Assembly (NCBI GenBank): GCA_036826295.1
Contig: DAISWO010000002.1
Span: 159,294 to 222,252 of the forward strand
DNA: 62,959 nucleotides
DNA from: Candidatus Saccharimonadota bacterium
GTDB taxonomy: Bacteria; Patescibacteriota; Saccharimonadia; Saccharimonadales; JAGQNJ01
Direction: 5' to 3'
Made by a program: the position numbers and the translations under genes. Below, one piece after another: positions 57,598-62,959 of the stretch. The notes under the pieces are model-generated. The model was not told where the DNA came from and did no database searches. It saw only the letters and a program-made list of their open reading frames with translations. Numbering within the stretch: the first letter of the stretch is position 1; each line of letters starts with the position of its first letter.

Positions 57598-58791
57598 ATG
57601 TACACTCACCTTAAAGAACGTCAATTATACGAAGACATTTATGATCGCCACACTGTGGAAGATGCCCGGCGAGGTATGGTTCATTACGAAAAGTTCCACG
57701 CTGATTTTGAAAAGAAACTCCCGAAAGACGACAAGATTGACCGACCCGGTAATGCACTTCTGCTGAATGTGTTTTACATGCAAACAGTCGGTAATGGCTT
57801 ACTCGATCGCTACGAAAAACGAGAGCAAAGTATCAACGACTGGATGGCAAAAGACGAAGCCAAAGACGAGCAGATTGCTGGTGCTAGGTTGGGACAAGAA
57901 CCATACTGCCACCACTGTAAAAAGCAAGGTCTGCGGATTACTGATAAGTCCCTCATGCACCGTGGCAAAACCTACAACATCGGTGACCCCGAAGAAGTGC
58001 TCTTTATGCTCCACTGTACACACTGCGACAAGAACAGCGCTATTTGGGAAGACGGCACCGCTTGGAAGCCAAGGCCAACGCTTTGCCCGAAGTGTAAAGC
58101 TGAAATGAAGCACAAGGTAACCAAATCAAAGAAAGCGCTGACTTTTACCTATACCTGCCCATCGTGTAGCCATAGCTATAAGGACAGAACTGATCTTAGT
58201 GACAAGAAAGAAAAACCAGATCCTGAATACGACCAAGACAAAGTGACTTATTGCCTTTTAGATAAAGAGTTTCGCGATAGGATGATAGCTATCAAGCAAG
58301 GTTTTGAGGATATGGCTCGGCTCGGTAAAGAGGTTAAGGAAAAGGAAGATAACAAGCACATATACGATGCGGTGAAGGAGCTTAAGAAGCCAAAGATCGC
58401 CGAGCTTACACCATTGCTTGCTCCAACTCTCGAAAAAGCTGGTTATATTGAGTTCCACCTAGATAAACCGGAAATAGGTCGTGATGTCTTCATTGGTTTT
58501 AGCTGCTTAGATAGTAAATCCGACCGTGAAGACTACGACAGTAGAAAAACTCTCCAGAAGCTAGTTAAAAAGACTCTGGAGGATACCAATTGGCGGTTGA
58601 TGAGTGATGGAGTGTCCTATCGGCTTGGTTATTTGAATGGCAGGCTCCGAGCTTACGAACGAAAGGACGATTTAAAGGAGTTAGTTATCAAGAGCAAGAA
58701 GTTGAAACCCAAGCAAGAACCTAGCAAGGCTGACCTAAAAAAGAACGCCTACACCATCAAAGACAAAGATGGCAACGACATACTCCTATGA
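57598..58791 (+). CDS. hypothetical multi-zinc-ribbon protein
   Basis: Four CxxC pairs: CHHC, CTHC, CPKC, CPSC. Confidence 0.75.
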   Translation: MYTHLKERQLYEDIYDRHTVEDARRGMVHYEKFHADFEKKLPKDDKIDRPGNALLLNVFYMQTVGNGLLDRYEKREQSINDWMAKDEAKDEQIAGARLGQEPYCHHCKKQGLRITDKSLMHRGKTYNIGDPEEVLFMLHCTHCDKNSAIWEDGTAWKPRPTLCPKCKAEMKHKVTKSKKALTFTYTCPSCSHSYKDRTDLSDKKEKPDPEYDQDKVTYCLLDKEFRDRMIAIKQGFEDMARLGKEVKEKEDNKHIYDAVKELKKPKIAELTPLLAPTLEKAGYIEFHLDKPEIGRDVFIGFSCLDSKSDREDYDSRKTLQKLVKKTLEDTNWRLMSDGVSYRLGYLNGRLRAYERKDDLKELVIKSKKLKPKQEPSKADLKKNAYTIKDKDGNDILL

Positions 58792-58966
58792 TGTTACCCC
58801 TGTTAGCGACAAAATAATGCGACACGGTCATTTATGGTGTGCCGTGTCTCATTTGTCTCGTTTTTATCTGTAAAGTGCTAAAATATGAGACAAGGTCTGA
58901 GTTCCAGACCCGTGTGTTCCGCCAAACTATGACAGCCATTTGTGGCTGTTTTAGTTTGGCGTAACA

Positions 58967-59101
58967 GGAGGTGGGTTCGAACCCGATAGGGTGAGAAATG
59001 CCCAGAATGGCATTTCGCAAGGAAATCTTCTGATGGCAACTTGTTGCCAATCATGAAGTTTCGGGCCTGCGGAACGTAGGCGAATCCCTCTCTCTCCGCC
59101 A
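58967..59101 (+). other. multi-hairpin element closed by the attR tRNA 3' end
   Basis: GGAGGTGGGTTCG (58967-79) pairs with 59081-93; three internal hairpins; ends CCA. Confidence 0.45.
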
Positions 59102-59140
59102 ATAAAATACCCCCATCTGACTAGGTGGGGTTATTTTATT
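59101..59140 (+). terminator. native tRNA-Ser terminator after attR
   Basis: AATAAAATACCCCCATCT/AGGTGGGGTTATTTTATT hairpin. Confidence 0.75.
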
Positions 59141-59163
59141 GATAGAGTTCAAAGCCAACTGCT

Positions 59164-59290
59164 TGGCTTTGAAGGGATTCGAACAGTCGGAACGTAGTTT
59201 GCCGGTACTCGGCAAACCGTGAGACGAGCTCACGAGCAAATATATGGAGTAATTTGACTTGGGAGTCGTATATCCCTGTCCGTCAGGCCA
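59164..59290. other. second tRNA-end-like multi-hairpin element
   Basis: TGGCTTTGA-AGGGAT...ATCCCT-TCAGGCCA closing stem; internal GTTTGCCG/CGGCAAAC and CGTGAG/CTCACG hairpins. Confidence 0.45.
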
Positions 59291-59330
59291 ACTATTCAAT
59301 TGATATTTTACCCGATAGAAACCAAACTAA

Positions 59331-60113
59331 TTATTTCTTAGTAGGCAAGGGGATTAGTGCGCTTGTGCGGAGTTTGTATTTTTGATACTCAGGATTATTT
59401 GAGTATTTTGCTTCTAGTAGTGGAATGCCGGACACTTTAACTATGAGAAAAGTAATTACGGCTGGGCCAATTAATCCTAGCCAACCATAGCTGAATGTCA
59501 GCGCAATAACGCCAATCGCCCACCACTGAGTAACTTCGCCAAAGTAATTTGGGTGCCGGGTGTATTGCCAAAGTCCTTTATTCATAACATGGCCCTTGTT
59601 CTTAGGACTTGCGATAAATTGACGAAGCTGTTTGTCGCCAATACTTTCAAACACAAAGCCGAACACCCAGAGGAATGCCCCAATAATAACCAGAGGATAA
59701 ATCCCATCAATCGAGTAAGCATAGATGAGTAGTGCCGGAGACACGATTAAGAGCATGAATAATCCTTGTAGCATAAATATCTGCATATAAGACCGCAGGA
59801 CAAACCATTTACCCCAGCTGTCTCGCCAAGCTTTGTAGCGGTAATCTTCTGGCTTCTTTATATTCCGACGCGCAATGTGCGAACTGAGTCTAAGCCCCCA
59901 GATTAATATTAATATTGTCACTAATATTGCGGCGAAAGAATAGTTTTCTGTTTTTAATAAAGTTGCAATACTTGCGACAACAAAACCCAAGCCCCAAGCG
60001 ATATCAGCGACATCATTTCGCTTAGTATATAGCGCAACTAAAAACCAAGCTGACATGTAAGACCAAATTACAATGGCTGCAAAACCGAGTGTATCAAGTA
60101 GTTCGGTTTGCAT
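59331..60113 (-). CDS. DUF1295 (steroid 5-alpha-reductase-like) membrane protein
   Basis: DIAWG, WGLRL, EDYRY, GDKQL, GLWQYTRHPNYFGE. Confidence 0.9.
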   Translation of the reverse strand: MQTELLDTLGFAAIVIWSYMSAWFLVALYTKRNDVADIAWGLGFVVASIATLLKTENYSFAAILVTILILIWGLRLSSHIARRNIKKPEDYRYKAWRDSWGKWFVLRSYMQIFMLQGLFMLLIVSPALLIYAYSIDGIYPLVIIGAFLWVFGFVFESIGDKQLRQFIASPKNKGHVMNKGLWQYTRHPNYFGEVTQWWAIGVIALTFSYGWLGLIGPAVITFLIVKVSGIPLLEAKYSNNPEYQKYKLRTSALIPLPTKK

Positions 60114-60117
60114 AGGG

Positions 60118-60525
60118 CTATTTTATGACGGCCTTAAGTATGGATACGGCAACCACCGATACACTAGCGGTTAGTAAAGTGCCCCAGATGAGATCAACAA
60201 TAGTAACGATATACGGCCAGTTTTTTAAGGTTGCTTGGTTGGTTAGGTCGTATGTTGCATAGGTTACTAGGCCAAAGAGCGCGCCGAGCAGTCCAATCTT
60301 AATTAAACTATACGATTCTTTCCAGCCTGGATAGACAACAAATATCGTTAGCCCTGCGATAAATATCAAATAGAATGCTATGGCTGCCAACCAGTTTGGT
60401 TTGTCTGTCATAATAAAACCAATGTGCTTTTTGTAAAATGACGGGGCTATAAAACCAAGCCAAGCAGCATCAAGTACGGCCATTGTGCCTAGTGAAGTCA
60501 AGAACGCGTAAAGGTAATTCATCAT
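60118..60525 (-). CDS. DUF2177 membrane protein
   Basis: LDAAWLG, YATYDLTNQATLKNW, DLIWG. Confidence 0.88.
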   Translation of the reverse strand: MMNYLYAFLTSLGTMAVLDAAWLGFIAPSFYKKHIGFIMTDKPNWLAAIAFYLIFIAGLTIFVVYPGWKESYSLIKIGLLGALFGLVTYATYDLTNQATLKNWPYIVTIVDLIWGTLLTASVSVVAVSILKAVIK

Positions 60526-60616
60526 GGCTTCAATTATACCAAAAGATTTGGTAAACGGTTAAGCATAATCAGTTTCGAGAAAGGTAAGCCCATAAGCCAA
60601 GAGATTCGGTATCTAT

Positions 60617-61333
60617 TTAAGAAATTGTAGTGCCGATCTGTTCGCCATTTACGACTTTTAACAAATTGTCTTCCTTGAAGGCATTGAAGACAATTGTGGG
60701 CATGCCGTGCTCCATAGCAAGTCCTAGCGCTGCTTTATCCATAACTTTGACATCGCTATTTTCAACAGCACTCTGAAAGGCCAAGTGTGTATGCATTTTG
60801 GCATCATCATGCTTCATTGGATCTTTATCGAAAACTCCATCAACTTTTGTAGCTTTTAGTACTATGTCGCACTGGAGTTCAAGACCAGTCAAAATAGCGG
60901 CAGTGTCGTGGGTAGAATACGGCCTACCGGTACCGCCCGCGACTAGCAATACTCGATTATTCTGTAGATGCTTTTCAGCGAGTCTGAAAGTAAAACTTTC
61001 AGCTACTTGCTCAGCGAAGATATTACTAAGACACCTAGTATTTAGTCCTTCAGCTTCAAAAAGATCTGTTAGTGCCATTGCATTCATTAGCCCCGACAAC
61101 ATACCCATTTGATCTGCCGTAACCCTTTTTATACCACTCTCACCAGCCAATTTTTCGCCTCTTACCATGTTGCCGCCACCTACGATGATTACAATTTGTA
61201 CTCCGATATCCTGGATTTTTTTGATTTCATTAGCTAGATATTTTGCAACTTCAGGATCGATTCCATATTCGTGTTTTCCGGCTAGTTGCTCACCAGAGAG
61301 TTTTAGTAGCACTCTTTTATATTTCGCGCTCAT
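60617..61333 (-). CDS. pyrH: UMP kinase
   Basis: RVLLKLSGE, VGGGN, DQMGML, GTGRPYSTHD, VDGVFDKDP. Confidence 0.96.
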   Translation of the reverse strand: MSAKYKRVLLKLSGEQLAGKHEYGIDPEVAKYLANEIKKIQDIGVQIVIIVGGGNMVRGEKLAGESGIKRVTADQMGMLSGLMNAMALTDLFEAEGLNTRCLSNIFAEQVAESFTFRLAEKHLQNNRVLLVAGGTGRPYSTHDTAAILTGLELQCDIVLKATKVDGVFDKDPMKHDDAKMHTHLAFQSAVENSDVKVMDKAALGLAMEHGMPTIVFNAFKEDNLLKVVNGEQIGTTIS

Positions 61334-61384
61334 CTAAAAGACAAGTCTAGCAGATAATCCCAGATACGGCTATACTAATATAAG

Positions 61385-62182
61385 ATGAAGTTGTATAGCT
61401 GGAACGTCAACGGAATACGCTCGGTTTGGAACAAAGGTGCCTTGCAAGAATTTATAAAAATTTATCAACCCGATATTTTGTGCATTCAAGAGACAAAATC
61501 TATGCGAGACCAAGCAGAAGTAGAATTGCCTGGTTATGAGGAATATTGGAACTCTGCCGAGAGAAAAGGGCATTTTGGGACGGCAATTGTTACGAAAGTT
61601 AAGCCGCTAAATGTAGTTAACAATTTCCCTCCGCACATAATAAAGAAGTACAAAGTAGTAGGCGACAAATACGGAGACCCCACTAAAGAGGGTAGAGTGA
61701 TGGCGGCAGAATTTGATGATTTCTTTATCGTCACCTCCTACACCCCTAACTCTAAAGGCGACTTATCCAGAATCCCTCTCCGCCATCAACAATGGGATAA
61801 GGCCTTTCTGGCTTACTGCAAAGAGCTCGAAAAAACAAAACCAGTACTAATTAGCGGAGACCTAAATGTTGCGCACACCGAAGATGACTTAGCCAGACCT
61901 AAAGAAAACGTTGGCAAGCATGGCTTTACAGACGAAGAACGCGAGGGCTTTCAAAACATGATTGACGCAGGATTCATTGACACTTTTCGGGTATTTACAA
62001 AAGGCAATGGTCATTACAGCTGGTGGACACATTGGGCGAAAGCCAGAGAACGTAACGTTGGTTGGCGCATAGATTACTGGTTAGCTAGCAATAGTCTAAA
62101 AGACAAAATCGTTGATTCCAAAATTCACCCAGAAGTGATGGGCTCAGACCATTGTCCAGTCAGCATTAATTGCAAATTTTAA
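61385..62182 (+). CDS. xth: exodeoxyribonuclease III (AP endonuclease)
   Basis: SWNVNGIR, CIQETK, YTPNS, GDLNVAH, WRIDY, SDHCP. Confidence 0.96.
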   Translation: MKLYSWNVNGIRSVWNKGALQEFIKIYQPDILCIQETKSMRDQAEVELPGYEEYWNSAERKGHFGTAIVTKVKPLNVVNNFPPHIIKKYKVVGDKYGDPTKEGRVMAAEFDDFFIVTSYTPNSKGDLSRIPLRHQQWDKAFLAYCKELEKTKPVLISGDLNVAHTEDDLARPKENVGKHGFTDEEREGFQNMIDAGFIDTFRVFTKGNGHYSWWTHWAKARERNVGWRIDYWLASNSLKDKIVDSKIHPEVMGSDHCPVSINCKF

Positions 62183-62370
62183 AAAACTGTTGATAGGTTG
62201 CGAGCTAAATAATATTTAGTCAGTATTATTAATATTATGTCACGTTAATCTAGAAAAGTATCTGAGATATGCGCGGATTTTTATTGAAAATTTTTCTGCC
62301 ATATTGCCATGTAGTTAATGTTAATGCTAATATGAAAAGTGATTAATTAAATACATAAAGGATTATGTTT

Positions 62371-62959
62371 ATGAAAAGCAAAAAAAGAAAGAAAAAAGTT
62401 AATAAGAGAATAAAATTTGATAAGGTATTACTTCTCGTTTTTATTATCTCAGTAATCAGCTCTGCGCTAATTTTTGCCTGGATTAAAGTATTCCAAGTCA
62501 AAACTTCAGAAGCTGAGACAGAATCAAGCTGTGATGTAACTGTTGTGGATGGTATATCCAATAACGCCCTAAAGGTCTCTGATGATGGGCGGTCAATTTC
62601 TACGAGATTAATTGTTACTGGTAGTAATAGAAACTGTGACCGATACGCTACTATTGCAGTATGGAAGCTAAGAAACTCAACCGGGCTTCCATTATCATCA
62701 CAAGAATTTTTTAGTTCCAATACGGATCACATACAAAGAACTGGCACATATAACCTTTCAGCTAGTCTACCCGCTTGCGGATACTGGCAAGCTGACTTAC
62801 TTGGTCAACAACGCCCAACATCCATAAATGGTGATGCTAACTATCAAATACCTCAGGACATACTCGTCAATTATAAATTGGGTGGAACGCCGTGTTCTAC
62901 ACCAACACCAACACCAACACCAACACCAACACCAACACCAACACCAACACCAACACCAA
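62371..62959 (+). CDS. membrane-anchored surface protein with Thr-Pro linker (runs off the window)
   Basis: Manual translation: basic N-terminus MKSKKRKKK, TM helix, domain with 4 Cys, then (TP)n; open to the window end. Confidence 0.8.
   Translation, partial: MKSKKRKKKVNKRIKFDKVLLLVFIISVISSALIFAWIKVFQVKTSEAETESSCDVTVVDGISNNALKVSDDGRSISTRLIVTGSNRNCDRYATIAVWKLRNSTGLPLSSQEFFSSNTDHIQRTGTYNLSASLPACGYWQADLLGQQRPTSINGDANYQIPQDILVNYKLGGTPCSTPTPTPTPTPTPTPTPTPTP
62899..62959 (+). repeat. perfect (ACACCA)n hexamer tract
   Basis: 10 identical copies plus 1 nt to the window end. Confidence 0.95.

Larger units (their letters stand above)
46023..59102. mobile_element. 13.1-kb integrative element at tRNA-Ser(GGA)
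   Basis: 22-bp direct repeat CGAATCCCTCTCTCTCCGCCAA at 46023-44 and 59081-102; intact serine recombinase beside attL; terminator after attR. Confidence 0.92.

Noticed and set aside
58967-59101. Possible second, intron-containing or permuted tRNA-Ser
   Set aside because: No D-arm or anticodon arm; only the 3' end matches the tRNA.
58832-59299. Short minus-strand ORFs across attR (e.g. WRRERDS...)
   Set aside because: Typical antisense-tRNA translation. Unlike the tRNA-Asn case, the Ser-element recombinase stops at 46180, before att, so no tail swap applies.
62343-62720. 125-aa minus-strand ORF in the track
   Set aside because: Shadow of the plus-strand anchored protein (62371 onward), which the track misses because it lacks a stop.
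62899-62959. Repeat array as CRISPR
   Set aside because: Simple hexamer microsatellite without spacers; no cas genes or repeat-spacer arrays seen in the window.

Overview
Bacterial chromosome segment, genetic code 11. The gene content, the many ORFans and the frequent leaderless-looking starts suggest Patescibacteria/CPR, possibly Saccharibacteria (inference). Core genes: F1Fo ATP synthase operon (atpB-E-F-H-A-G-D, with four unknown ORFs interleaved), glutaredoxin, cobO, CIRCE-controlled hsp20, smpB, tyrS, pyrH, xth and several transporters. Two tRNA-anchored islands are supported by att repeats. (1) A decayed 8.8-kb element at tRNA-Asn(GTT) carries a 5'-truncated serine recombinase, an XRE regulator with a type III R-M system, DUF4238 and a hydrolase/peptidase/kinase operon. 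Its recombinase C-terminus would be swapped on excision. (2) A 13.1-kb element at tRNA-Ser(GGA) has a 22-bp att repeat and carries an intact large serine recombinase, a Bsp6I-like endonuclease facing a LexA-C5-methyltransferase fusion, a PHP-ATPase (Ppl-like) with a small partner, a NucS-like nuclease and a ParB-MTase/terS/terL packaging module with no capsid or portal. Immediately right of island 1 (25.8-31.4 kb) is an unusual cluster: archaeal-type SAM synthetase, SerRS, a truncated AlaRS-like protein, two S51 peptidases and a methyltransferase. This cluster and the LexA-MTase fusion are the best candidates for undescribed systems. No CRISPR array or rRNA was seen. All family assignments come from motif recognition by eye; no database searches were run.
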